A stretch of DNA of 64,000 nucleotides from Octopus vulgaris (Eukaryota). The stretch is from positions 33,976,001-34,040,000 of the forward strand of contig OX597830.1 in NCBI GenBank assembly GCA_951406725.2. Direction: 5' to 3'. The position numbers were made by a program, and so were the translations under genes. Shown here piece after piece: positions 1-12,200 of this stretch (position 1 is its first letter; each line of letters opens with the position of its first letter). Below the pieces are notes generated by a model that made no database searches, was not told where the DNA came from, and was given only the letters and a program-made list of their open reading frames with translations.

Positions 1-160
1 TACACTAAGCACCAGCCTGCTAGAAAGTGGAAGTAAAAACTTCCAACTTAACCACAAATCTTACTGAAAATATGTAACAGACCAACAGAAATTGGGCAAA
101 CAAGTGGAATTTAATGTATTTTCTCAGCTAAAAAGCCTTAGAATAAGGTTAATTTTTCAG

Positions 161-278
161 GTTGAGCCAGTGGATCAATATAGCTTCCTTGAATAAAGAT
201 TTCCATTATTCTTCACTGAGGCCTGTATTGAGGTGTCTATCTCTTTGGTAGTGCTACCTCATTTGATTAGGAAGAAAC

Positions 279-315
<37 letters not shown>

Positions 316-511
316 TAAATAGATAGATATATACCTGGGTTCAGTGTTTATTTTTACTTTCTGATCTATCTTTATATCTATTTCTTCCATCCTTCCACCT
401 ATTTTTCTATATACTTTTCTTTTCAAGTCCCATTGGACATTTTCCTATCAGCATTATTTCTTCATATTTCTCATGCTGTCTCATAAATGAAAGCCTCTAT
501 ATGTGACACAC

Positions 512-546
<35 letters not shown>

Positions 547-1797
547 TAGACTACCCGTGACCTGTTGAGTCACTGGGAAACTCTGAATTTCCCAGCAACA
601 GAGTTTTGTTTTGTGGGTTCTTTTCTTTCCCAGGTTATTTTGCTTGCTTTCAATGAATGTGACATTGAAATCACATGTAAATGGCTCCTTTCCACAGAAA
701 AGGAAAGATTTAGTTGCTATTTCTTGTATGCCCTGCTACCATGTAACAGGTATTTCGGGTTCTTTATCGCAAATAGCTGTTACGTGGTAGCAAGGCATGC
801 TAGAAATAGCAGCCAAATGTTTGGAAGTGAGATACGTTGAATACACTTGAAAAAAATCGATGGGGAAAAACTATTTCACACCAAGGTTATGGACGAGTCT
901 TTTATGAAATATTTACCATATTTTTAAAGTTATTTTAACTTTAAAATATTTTAAAAATATGCTAACAGAAATTTTTGGAATGGTATACACTTGAAAATAA
1001 TTGTAAAAAACATAAAAATATTATCTGTTTAAAGAAAGCTAAAATATAAATACTTACTGCACAAACAGATTACATGTTTGATGTCACATTCACTTAAAAA
1101 TATTTCTAAATTATTGAACTATTGTGTTTAAAAGAAGCAAGAATAGAAACATTTACTCTAAAGAATTTGTATTTTTTCCCTTATCAAGTCACTGTCTCTC
1201 ATAGAAAGATATGAGTTTCTTCCCTTTCAGGATGAAGATTATTTTCGGAATATTTTCCCATTATGCACCGTTTTGAGTATTTATACCTGAAAAATCTCTA
1301 ATATTTTTAAAACTACGTGTCTTATGTATGTGAAACTTGTTTTATTCCGTCCGTATTAACATTTCAGGGTAAACTTTATTCATACTATTTTCCCATTATC
1401 TGCCAGTTTGGCTGGGTAACATTGCAAGCAAGCAAGCAAGATTCAAACTGATTTTTAATGTATTATAGATATACATATATATCCCTCTGATATACATATT
1501 ATTTTTAACACAGCATGTCTATAAGAGATTTTATCTGGGATGAAAACTACAGCATCTTTTCTGCCAATGGTATATTTAGATTAAGAATGACACGTTGACA
1601 GCTATTTTAATTTAACATTGTTTTGTTTCAGTTGTGTACACCAGATATGTGTGTGTGTGTCTGTGTGTCATGAAGTCAAACCAAGTATACTTCTGAAAAC
1701 ATTTAATATGTGTATTTCAGATAATTGTGCAATAGATAAAAATGGAATTTCTCTTCTTAAGCAATATCTTCCTCAGTTAATACATATCAGAATATAA
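161..1797 (+). pseudogene. Possible F-box/leucine-rich-repeat gene fragments (exon-like pieces)
   Basis: Three tttcag acceptors are followed by LSQWINIASLNKDFHYSSLRPVLRCLSL (161-248, F-box-like), DEDYFRNIFPLCT..EYLYLK (from 1231, needs a frameshift) and NCAIDKNGISLLKQYLPQLIHIRI* (1721-1797, LRR-protein-like C-terminus). Motif resemblance by eye only. Confidence 0.25.
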
Positions 1798-2109
1798 ACA
1801 AATTGATGGAAACCACTCTTTCTATATGGTCAGGGCAGTTTAAGTTACTTATTAGAAAAGGAGAGGAGGTGGTCAGGAGGAGTAGAAAGTCTATAGAGTA
1901 GCAAAGAGAAGAGAGAAGGAGAGAGAGTGCATGGGTGGGGGAATTGGTAATGTAGGCTTAAGGGCAGAGGAAAGGTGAGAAAGATGGAACCCTAGGTAAT
2001 ATAGTTTAGTTAATATAAATGAATGCAGGGAATATTGAATGAACTAATTAGGAGCAATTATATAGTGAGAAAAAGTTAATGGTGAAAATTATTTTAGTTA
2101 TTTTTGCAG

Positions 2110-2505
2110 AAGTGGCAGTATGGTAAGTATCTTGCTTACCAACCACATGATTCTGGGTTCAGTGCCACACAGTGGAACTTTGGGCAAGTGTCTTCTACTG
2201 TAGCCTCTGGCTGACCAGCATGACCAAAGCCTTGTGAGTGGATTTGGTAGACGGAAACTGAAAGAAGCTTGTCGTATATAAATATATATATATATATATA
2301 GATACACATATGTGTGTGTCTGTGTTTGTCCCCACCACCATTTCCTGACAACTGATGTAATTACGTCCTTGTAAATTAGCGGTTCAGCAAAAGTGACCAA
2401 TAGAATAAGTACTAGGCTTACAAACAATAAGTTCTGGGGTCGATTTGCTTGATTAAGGTGGTGCTCCAGCATGGCCACAGTCAAATGACTGAAACAAATA
2501 AAAGA
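2110..2505 (+). mobile_element. tRNA-derived SINE (dominant family in window)
   Basis: A/B-box-like head (TGGC..TGGTAAG, GGTTCAGTGCC), internal TA/TG microsatellite, and 3' end GGTGCTCCAGCATGGCCACAGTCAAATGACTGAAAC. At least 12 copies in the window. Confidence 0.85.
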
Positions 2506-3916
2506 ATATTATATTTACAGTTATGAAATACCATGGTAAAATTAAAGAAAGGACATTAAGTACATGTTTTAAGTGTTTCGAAAGCTAGAATCTATTGTTC
2601 GTGATTTTCTACCAGAGAAAAATTAGTTGGCTGAAGAAAGAGCCACTTTATGTGATAACAACTTGCTATTTGGTTTAGCATTTTTGGTTAATGTTAATTA
2701 TCTAAATTTGAAAATGTAGAAGATGAAGAACAAATAGTTTTTTTTTGAGCTAAGTAAATGATAACAATGCTTTCGAAATGAAATTGAAACTGTTCCTCTC
2801 ACAGCAAAAAAAAAAAAAAAACAACAAATATATAATAATGAGGATTTGAATCAGATTTCACATTTAGAAATAGCTGAGTAAATGTGCTGAGGATAATGGT
2901 TATCTTGCAAAATATGTTGACAAAGAGAGAAAAAAATAAGAATGAGTAGGTTATCTCAAAATCATTTAAAAGTCGTTTTCTTGAATTTACAGAAAAATGA
3001 ATGCTGTGCCTTTATTACATGTTCTCTCTTGTAAGTAATCTATTGTACTTTATAGTAAGCATTCAGAGTAAATTTCTTGTCTAAGCCTAACTCCCTCTTT
3101 TATTCTGCCAGTCTTGAAAGTCTGAGAATGGTAATGGGTGCTACCTTTGCTCCTTTCATTAAGTTATTGAACTCCCTCCAAAAATGTAAACCTATGAAAA
3201 CACTGGAAGAAGTTTATTTCCTTTCTACTTCATGCTATGAAATCATATTTAATTTTCTATCCATTCACATTTAGATTAAAATATAGTTTAGTTAATATAA
3301 ATGATTGCAGGGAATAATGAATAACTAATTAGGAACTAATTATCATTAATTGTAGGGTGAGAAAAAGTTAATCGCGGATAGTATTTAAAATAATTTATCA
3401 AGTATAGGAGACAACTCTTCACATATTTCAGTCTTATTGGACCTCATCATCAAAGATTTAAACAGTTTGTACCTTTATTTCCAATACAAGTCACTGCTTT
3501 GAATTACATGTGAATCAACAATTTTAGCTGGATTTAATAATGTAAATGATATTTTCATTGTTAAGTTAAAGCTTAGATAATACAATATAACAAAATGGGC
3601 TTATAAATTTATAAGGGTCAATTTAGATTTAAATATAATCACTTCAAATTGAAAAATTCTGTTTGAGACATCTCAACTTTGTAAAAAGATCGCAGCTGGT
3701 AAACTGAATAATTCTCATTTACCCTAAAGCATACAAAATTTCATTTCATGAACGTTATAATAATGTATCAGCAAAGCAATTAATTTGATAATTATTAAGT
3801 TGGTTTCTTTTATTACTTTTTTTCTTTTTTTGCTGACATTTAGATTTAGCAGTTTCATCCAAATTTACTGTATACTTTGATTTATTTTCTTAAAGAATTT
3901 GTTGTGGTTAAATACA

Positions 3917-3967
<51 letters not shown>

Positions 3968-3990
3968 TATATATATGTGTATATATATAT

Positions 3991-4038
<48 letters not shown>

Positions 4039-4060
4039 ATATATATGTGTATATATATAT

Positions 4061-4107
<47 letters not shown>

Positions 4108-4150
4108 CATACATATATTTATATATACATATATATATATATACATACAT

Positions 4151-4480
4151 GTCAGTGGTTAGAGCGTCGAGCTTACGATCGTGAGGTTGTGAGCTCGAAT
4201 CCCGGACCGGGCTGCGTGTTGTGTTCTCGAGCAAGGCACTTTATTTCACGTTGCTCCAGTTCACTCAGCTGTAGAAATGAGCTGCGACGTCACTGGTGCC
4301 AAGCTGTATTGACCTTTGTCTTTCCCTTGGATAATACTGGTGGCGTGGAGAGGGGAGGCTGGTATGCACGGGCGACTGCTGGCCTTCCATAAAACAACTT
4401 GCCCGGACTTGTGTCTAGGAGGGTAACTTTCTAGGTGTAATCCCATGGTCATTCATGACCGAAGGGGGTCTTTACCCTTT
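4151..4480 (+). mobile_element. tRNA-derived SINE, second family
   Basis: tRNA-like head CAGTGGTTAGAGCG...CTCGAATCCCGG. Diverged copy on the minus strand at ~34478-34795. Confidence 0.8.
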
Positions 4481-4496
4481 ATACATACATATATAT

Positions 4497-4533
<37 letters not shown>

Positions 4534-4607
4534 CATATATATGTTTATATATATATATATATATATATACATACATATTTATATGTATATATGTATATAT
4601 ATACACA

Positions 4608-4648
<41 letters not shown>

Positions 4649-4679
4649 CACACACACAATTATATATATATAAATCTTA

Positions 4680-5075
4680 TGTTTGTTTCAGTCATTATTG
4701 GACTGTGGCCATGCTGGGGCACTGCTTTGAAGTGTTTACTCAAACAAATCAACCACACAAATTAATTTTAACCCTGGTATTTATTCTATCAGTCACATTT
4801 GCCAAATTGTTAAGTTACAAAGATGCAAATGAACCAACATCGATTGTCAAACAGTGGTGGGGGCTAAACACATGCAGAAAGACACTCATTACTATATATA
4901 TATATATATGTATACACGACAGGCTTCTTACAGTTTCTTTCTACCAAATCCACTCACAAGGCTTTGGTCGCCCTGACGCTATAGTAGAAGAGACTTGCCT
5001 AAGGTGCCATGGAGTGGGACTGAACCTGGAATCATGTGGTTAGTAAGTAAACTACTTACCACACAGCTATTTTTG
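4680..5075 (-). mobile_element. SINE, dominant family
   Basis: Reverse-complement match to 2110-2505. Confidence 0.8.
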
Positions 5076-5114
5076 CTCCTATATATATATATATACACAC
5101 ACACACATATGTAC

Positions 5115-5174
<60 letters not shown>

Positions 5175-5289
5175 TCAGTAAAAGCAATTAAGATTCAAAT
5201 GAGTTCTGTTGAATTCACATGAATGCGGTACTTAACTTAGATGCACCAGAAATCTATATGGTGTTAACCATAAGATAATGCGGGGTGAT

Positions 5290-7050
5290 TATAAATAAGA
5301 AAAAAGCAACAAGAATGGATCAATATTTCGGTACAATTGCTTCGTACAAAGACAGCTTTATTAAGGCTGCAAATATTGCAGTAAATATAAGTGACCTGTA
5401 CTCATCAGCCGAAAAAACATCTGAGTTCTCCAAACATCTAAGGGGGTGATGTTACACTCCTGAAACATCAGGGATAGTTCTATAAAAATACGATTTAGGT
5501 AACAAATGGACTTCTAGGTGTTTCATAAAAAAAAAGTATTTTAAAAACCTTTTAGTTTTCCTCTTAGTTTTCCAGAAAATGAAAATGAAAATGAAGATGT
5601 AAATCCATCCATATTGAAAAAGTTTGATTTCTGGAAATATGAGGAGAGGTATCATACTCACAGAATATGCCTTTATCCATACTTAGTCCATAATAAAGTG
5701 TGTTTCCTGATGTGTGATGATATTTTGGTTACGTTTCTGAGAATTTCTAAAACTGCTATGTTAGAATTAAATTTGTTGAAGGAGAGTTAGTGAAGCGTAG
5801 AGACAATCCTTCACATAGGGTATATTTGGGTAACTGAGAGGGGAAGGGGATGTAAATGTCCAACTGCGCAGAACAGTTTATTTCAGTGGAGACGAACTGA
5901 CTGATTCAGAATTTGCAAGAATCAAAGAGCTTAAAGGAGGAATGCTTATTTTGACCACCTTGCTAAAGAGGATATGAGAAGGTAAAGAGGGGTCAAAGGT
6001 TGTCACTATAGGAAAAAACCATTAACAGATTTCAGTGCAAACACTCGAACGGAGGTCATTTAATTTATTTCTTTATTTATTAATGTTACTATTAATACAT
6101 TGCCCGGCTTTGGGACTACATTAAGGGGTCAAAAGAAAGGATTGAGAGTTATTTTTCATAATGAAAAAACGTTATATTATTTTTATGGGATTAGCAATAT
6201 TTACTAGTAGTATATATAAAAGAACTATGAAGTCTAATTAACTAATTTGCTATAAGTTGGTTTACTTAAAATAGATTAAAAGTTAGATAGAATTAATTTA
6301 AATCATCTATATAGTCTATTAGAATGAAAATCTATTTGCAACTAATTTATTTCTTTAAGTTTCAAACCTGGTACAGTTAGAGAGAAAATAACCATAGCCT
6401 ATGAGATAGTAGCTATCTAATTAAATATATAATATATAAGAGTATTGCTTTATTAGTATAAGCAAGATAGACAAATCACAAAATGATTTTTATATACGGT
6501 TATCATTCAAAATATTTTAGAGTCTTAATTCTAGCGTGGATACAAGAGTGACACAATTTTATCCGGTTATTCAACAAATTATCATTTCTTTTATACATTA
6601 GTATTTCAAATGTTTCCATGGAGCAAAGTTGACAACCAACTCTGCTATTTTTATAAGGTATCGCTCTTCTAACTAATTCCCAATTAAGGTTATACTTAAT
6701 ATTATTGTTTTTGAGTTCCCAGATCTTACTTGAAAGTGTGGGGCTATCAGCTTTATGATGTAATTTGAAAGATGATTGCTAAGACGTTTCTTAAAATTTA
6801 TAGTACATCCTAAATAGATAAATTTGTTATTCTCTGTGGTTATGGTACATTTATATATTACGTTATTTAACCCGCATAGACCAGGTGCCGGGCATTTTGA
6901 TCTAATTCTACAGTTACACCCAGGGGGATTATTTTCCGATGTGGAATTATTCGAGGATAAATGTCTCATATTACTGCTATTCATATTACTGTCTTCATAC
7001 GAAACAATTGTACCGAAATATTGATCCATTCTTGTTGCTTTTTTCTTTTA
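5290..7050 (-). mobile_element. Penelope-like retroelement relic (Neptune-type GIY-YIG endonuclease, frameshifted) with inverted pLTR pieces
   Basis: CNCR..CP..G.C..NVIYKC..YLGCT..FKKRLSNH (ORF 6673-7029). After a frameshift it continues as SSKIWELK..WELVRRAIPY..CQLC..E..LLNNR..CIH..K* to ~6503. A ~65-bp inverted repeat links ~5297-5355 with ~6989-7047. Confidence 0.85.
5326..5414 (-). ncRNA. Type I hammerhead ribozyme motif in a Penelope pseudo-LTR (GAAA>GAAG variant)
   Basis: Minus strand reads uuucgg CUGAUGA guac-(50 nt)-guac GAAG c aauu g UA^ccgaaa: perfect 6-bp stem I and a palindromic minimal stem III. Confidence 0.75.
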
Positions 7051-7218
7051 TATATATATACACACACACACAAAGGGCTTCTTTCAGTTTCCATCTTTCC
7101 AACTACCAAATCTACTCACAAGGCTTTGGTAGCCAGTGGTTATAGTAGAAGACTTGGTGCCAAGTGATGTGGCAGAACCTGGAATATGTGGTTTGGTAGC
7201 AAACATCTTACCTCATGT

Positions 7219-7258
<40 letters not shown>

Positions 7259-7327
7259 CTAATATGTACATTCAGTTAAATGTTATTGTAGCTAGGTGCC
7301 ATATATTTTAATGAGATACATCTTGTA

Positions 7328-7410
7328 ATCACCTGAAAAGACACATCTACACCAACAGATACACCTAAACCAGGGATCAATGCTAGATGTGTTGAAACAA
7401 TTGTAGTGAT
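7328..7410 (+). ncRNA. Degenerate type I hammerhead ribozyme motif
   Basis: aucac CUGAAAA gacacaucua...uagauguguu GAAA c aauu g UA^gugau, followed by AATAAA at 7412. Core has A in place of G8. Confidence 0.65.
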
Positions 7411-7884
7411 CAATAAACATTTTCGTATCTTTCATCTTCCGTCATTAATCAAGTATATATATCGTTAGATAGATATGTGTGTTAAGGTTACCTTATGTTT
7501 CATGTTTAAATAAGTAGAAAATATTCTAATGTCTGGTATCTTAATTTTTTAAGCCAATCACATGGAAAAAGGCGTTCACCTCCATTTTGGAAAACAGCCT
7601 TGTTTAGTTCATGGAGATTCTCGTGAACTCATGTGAATAAAACAGTAGATCAATAAATCAAAGGATGTTACTGTTGGGTAGCATATTTTTGATGATTGTC
7701 TCTTTTAGATTTGTCTTTTGGGCAAATTGTTGTGTGGTCAATTTGTTTACATTATTTTGGTTTTGTTCTGGGCATGGTGTTCCTATATTTGTGTGATAGT
7801 TTGTCATTACACACAGATATATATATGCATGTATGTATATAAATATATATAATTATATGTATGCATGTATATATATATAATTAA

Positions 7885-7918
<34 letters not shown>

Positions 7919-8694
7919 GCCTAGGTATGTATATGTGCATATATATATAGTGCCTAGCTACTATAATATCAAGTTGATTGTATATGGCTTAACTATTCTC
8001 ACTGACATGAAAAAATAAGCAGGTGTATGTGTGTGCACATGTGTGTAGGTGATAGCATGATGATGTGGTTAAATGGTTTGCATCGTGAGTGAAAATTGAT
8101 GACTGGAAACTAAAAGAAACCTATTATCTCAAGCATAGTTGTGGGGTTAAGAAGAAAGATTGAAGCCGTTTCAGGTGGAAATTTTAATAAGAATTACAGT
8201 AAAGACATCAGACTTTACAGATTTTCACTAAAAGTTGTTCCAAGTAATTTTTAGCGATTGTATTTGGAAAACAAAACTAATAATTCTCTCTCCCCCTCTC
8301 TCTCTCTATCTTTCACTCTCTCAATCACTCACTCTCTATCCCTTAGCATATATTCTTTCTTTTATTCTTTTATACTTTTACTAGTTTCAGTCATTTGACT
8401 GCAGCCATGCTGGAGCACCACCTTTTAGCTGAGCAAATCGACCCCAGGATTAATTTTTGTAAGCCTAGTACTTACTCTATCGGTCTCTTTTTGCCGAACT
8501 GCTAAGTTATGGGGACATAAACACACTATCGGATGTTGAGCGACGTTAGGGGGGGGGGCAAACACAGATACACAAATACACAGACACATATAATTTTATA
8601 TATACATATATATGATGGGCTTCTTTCAGTTTCTATCTCCCAAATCAACTCACAATGCATTACTCAACTTGGAGCTATATTTGAAGTCACTCAA

Positions 8695-8748
<54 letters not shown>

Positions 8749-8750
<2 letters not shown>

Positions 8751-10180
8751 TCCCAGGAAGGCTAACTGGGAAGATAGTTTTTGTATGTGGCAGATGCTCA
8801 GGAGCAATAAACACTGAAAATCTGCAGAAAACAACTTCCGTCACTTTCCAGGGGGAAAAAACTAGAAGTAGTTGATAGCTTCTATTATCTAGGTGACCAG
8901 GTCAGTAGCGGGGGTGGGTGTGTTGAAAGTGTAACTGCTAGAGTAAGAATAGTCTGGGCAAAGTTCAGGGAGCTCTTACCTCTGCTGGTGACTAAAGGCC
9001 TCTCGCTCAGAGTAAAAGGCAGACTGTATGATGTATGTGTACGAACAGCCATGCTACATGGCAGTGAAACATGAGCCGTGACTGCTGAGGACATGTGTAA
9101 GTTCATGAGGAATGAAGCCAGTATGCTCCGATGGATGTGTAATGTCAGTGTGCATACTCGACAGAGTGTAAGTACCTTGAGAGAAATGTTGGACCTAAGA
9201 AGCATCAGCTGTGGTATGCAAGAGAGACGATTGCACTGGTATGGTCATATGGCGAGAATGGATTAAGATAGTTGTGTGAAAAAGTGCCACACCCTAGCGG
9301 TTGAGGGAACCTGTGGAAGAAGTAAACCCAGGAAAACCTGGGACGAGGTGGTGACGCACAACCTTCGAACTTTAGGCCTCACCGAGGCAATGACTAGTGA
9401 TCGAGACCTTTGGAAATATGCTGTGCGTGAGAAGACCCGGCAGGACAAGTGAGTCCATCCCAGCCAGCCCACTTATGCATGCCTTTCCTTCCCTTGGACA
9501 CACGATGACCTGTTGAGGCAAGCGAAGTCGAAATCGAACCTCATCCGACGACAGGCACCCATGCCAACCTCCCTTCATTGGGCACTAAACTCTGCTTGTG
9601 AAGACATGTTGGGGCAAGTGAAATAGAAATCGAAATTGAACCAATCCTATGACTGGCACCCAGCAGTTGCGAGGACCACTGGACTGACTCGTGTGCAGGT
9701 GGTAAGTAAAGAAACACTGTTTCAACCCTGTGCTTGAGGAGATCCATTGAGTAAAGTACACCAACATCAAAAATCAATGGGAACTGCAGTTGTGATCCCT
9801 GTGCTGGTGGTACGTAAAAAGCACCATCCGAACGTGGCCGATGCCAGCGCCGCCTAGACTGGCTTCCATGCCAGTGGCACGTAAAAAGCACCATCCAAAC
9901 ATGGCCGATGCCAGCTCTGCCTTGACTGGCTTCCGTGCCGGTGGCACGTAAAATCAACAATCTGATCGTGGCCGTTCCCAGCCTCGCCTGGCATCTAAAA
10001 AGCACCCACTACACTCACGGAGTGGTTGGCGTTAGGAAGGGCATCCAGCTGTAGAAACACTGCCAGATCAGACTGGAGCCTGGTGCAGCCTTCTGGCTTC
10101 CCAGATCCCCGGTCGAACCATCCAACCCATGCTAGCATGGAGAACGGACGTTAAACGATGATGATGATGATGATGATGAT
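8749..10180 (+). mobile_element. RTE-clade LINE, 5'-truncated, with 3' UTR and (GAT)n tail
   Basis: ORF2 C-terminal motifs VKGRLY..VR.AMLHGSET, MLRWMC, RRLHWYGH..RM, KPRKTWDE.V, DRDLWK with stops; ends GGACGTTAAAC(GAT)n. Confidence 0.88.
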
Positions 10181-10477
10181 ATATATACTCACACAAAGTA
10201 AGTTTCTATTCCAGTTTACTAAATCCACTCACAAGGAAATGCAGTAGTTACTGAAACTAGAAAGATGTAGTTGCAACACAAGCTTCTTACTATCCAGCCA
10301 CTCTTATGTGATGGCCTTCCAGAAATTTCTGTCAACGAAATTCCCTCACAATGCATTGCTCAACTTGGAGCTATAGTTGAAGTCACTCACCCAAGTTACT
10401 GTGCAATGAAAATGAACCCAAACCCATGTGGTTGCAGGGCTTCTTCACCACACAACCATACCTGATATATATATATA

Positions 10478-10862
10478 TCATCATCATCATCATCATTTAA
10501 CGTCTGCTTTCCATGCTGGCATGGGTTGGACAGTTTGGCTGAGGACTGGCAACCCAGGAGGTTGCACCAGGCTCCAATGTGATCTAGCAAGGTTTCTACA
10601 GCTGGATGGTCTTCCTAACGCCAACCACCCTGAAAGTGTAGTGGGTGCTTTTTATGTGCCACCAGCACGGGAGCCTGTCCAGCTATACTGGCATTAACCA
10701 TGCTCAAATGGTGCTTTTTACATGCCACTAGCACAAGTGCCTGTCCGGTGGCACTTGCATCAGCCATGATAACGATTTCACTTGACTCAACAGGTCTTCT
10801 CAAGCACTGCATATTGCCTGACAACCGAAGGGTACTCTCAAATGGGTCAGTTATGTGACACT

Positions 10863-10865
<3 letters not shown>
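10478..10865 (-). mobile_element. RTE 3'-end fragment / RTE-tail SINE
   Basis: (CAT)n TTTAACGTC start and homology to 9980-10180. Related copies at ~49657-50030, ~53700-53925 and ~57113-57375. Confidence 0.75.
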
Positions 10866-10916
<51 letters not shown>

Positions 10917-11632
10917 AATATATATATGGATGGATTAGTGGTTCGAGGATCTTGAACATGATGAGAGTACTCAATAACTGTGGTAGGGGCTATATATATA
11001 TGCCATCACGGATAAACAGATGTTTGTTGTTGTTGTTGTTTGTGGTGGTGGTGGTGGTGGTGGAGGGTGAGTTGGTGATGACGGTAAGACTGATGCTGAT
11101 GATGACGATGATTATGATAATGCATTTATTAATGTTTGGATTAAGCATCTCCAACATTCATTACTAGAGTTTCATGTGAGCTAGAGGCAATCTTCAAAAG
11201 AAATGTTTTAATTTTTAAAATATTTTTTCTGTTATATGCACGCACATGTGTGTGTATGTGTGTTTGTCTATGTGTGTGTGTAAATGCATGTGTTTGTAAT
11301 ACATATACAAACACATATATGGAAACTTAAGGAAAAGAGTATAAATATATGCACTTAAACGCACACATACAGATAAAGCTATATTTACTCTCTCTGATTC
11401 TCTCTCTCTCTCTCTCTCATACACACATACATTTGCTAACTCATTCATGCATATAGGCATACCAACACTGTTTCCTTCTTCTTCTCTTTCCTTACCTTGG
11501 CTCTCTGTCTTTCTCTCTCTCGTTCTCTCTCACCTGTATACATATCGGAATGCACTCTAACTGAAGATTGCCCATAGCAGGGATGAAACTTGAGTAATGA
11601 AGCCTTGAAATTTGAAATCTTAACATAATTAA

Positions 11633-11705
<73 letters not shown>

Positions 11706-11938
11706 GTAAATATATGTATGTATGTATATGTAAATATATGTATGTATATGTAAATATATGTATGTATATATGTAAATATATGTATGTATATATATATGTA
11801 TATATGAATACATATATATATATGTATGTATGCATGTATGTATATGTATATATATGTGTGTGTATGTATGTATATATATATATATATGAATACATATATA
11901 TATATGTATGTATATGTATATATATGTGTGTGTGTGTG

Positions 11939-11975
<37 letters not shown>

Positions 11976-12200
11976 GCATATATATATATGAATACATACA
12001 TATAAATATATTTATATAATAATATATATATATATACATGTGCATACACACACATCTATGAATACATACATATATAGATAAATCCACATGCTCATCAACA
12101 TGCACCCACATGCACACACAAATATATACATGTATAGATACATACATGCATACATAAATTCTTCTTCATATACACAGATTGATATATATATACTCATAAA
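11633..12200. repeat. Compound (TA)n/(TATG)n/(TG)n microsatellite (representative of dozens in the window)
   Basis: Direct. Similar tracts at 3919-4150, 4480-4670, 26150-26570, 30565-30890, 48036-48470 and 62264-62490. Confidence 0.95.

Noticed and set aside
885-922. TATGG-ACGA-GTC..GAAATATTTA-CCATA hammerhead-like arrangement
   Set aside because: The CUG of the core is absent and stem II is not convincing.
4151-4225. tRNA gene
   Set aside because: The tRNA-like head lacks an acceptor stem and continues into a SINE body found elsewhere in the window.
3877-5222. YIYI/IYIY and HTHT ORFs here and throughout the window
   Set aside because: Translations of (TA)n/(CA)n microsatellites and SINE bodies.
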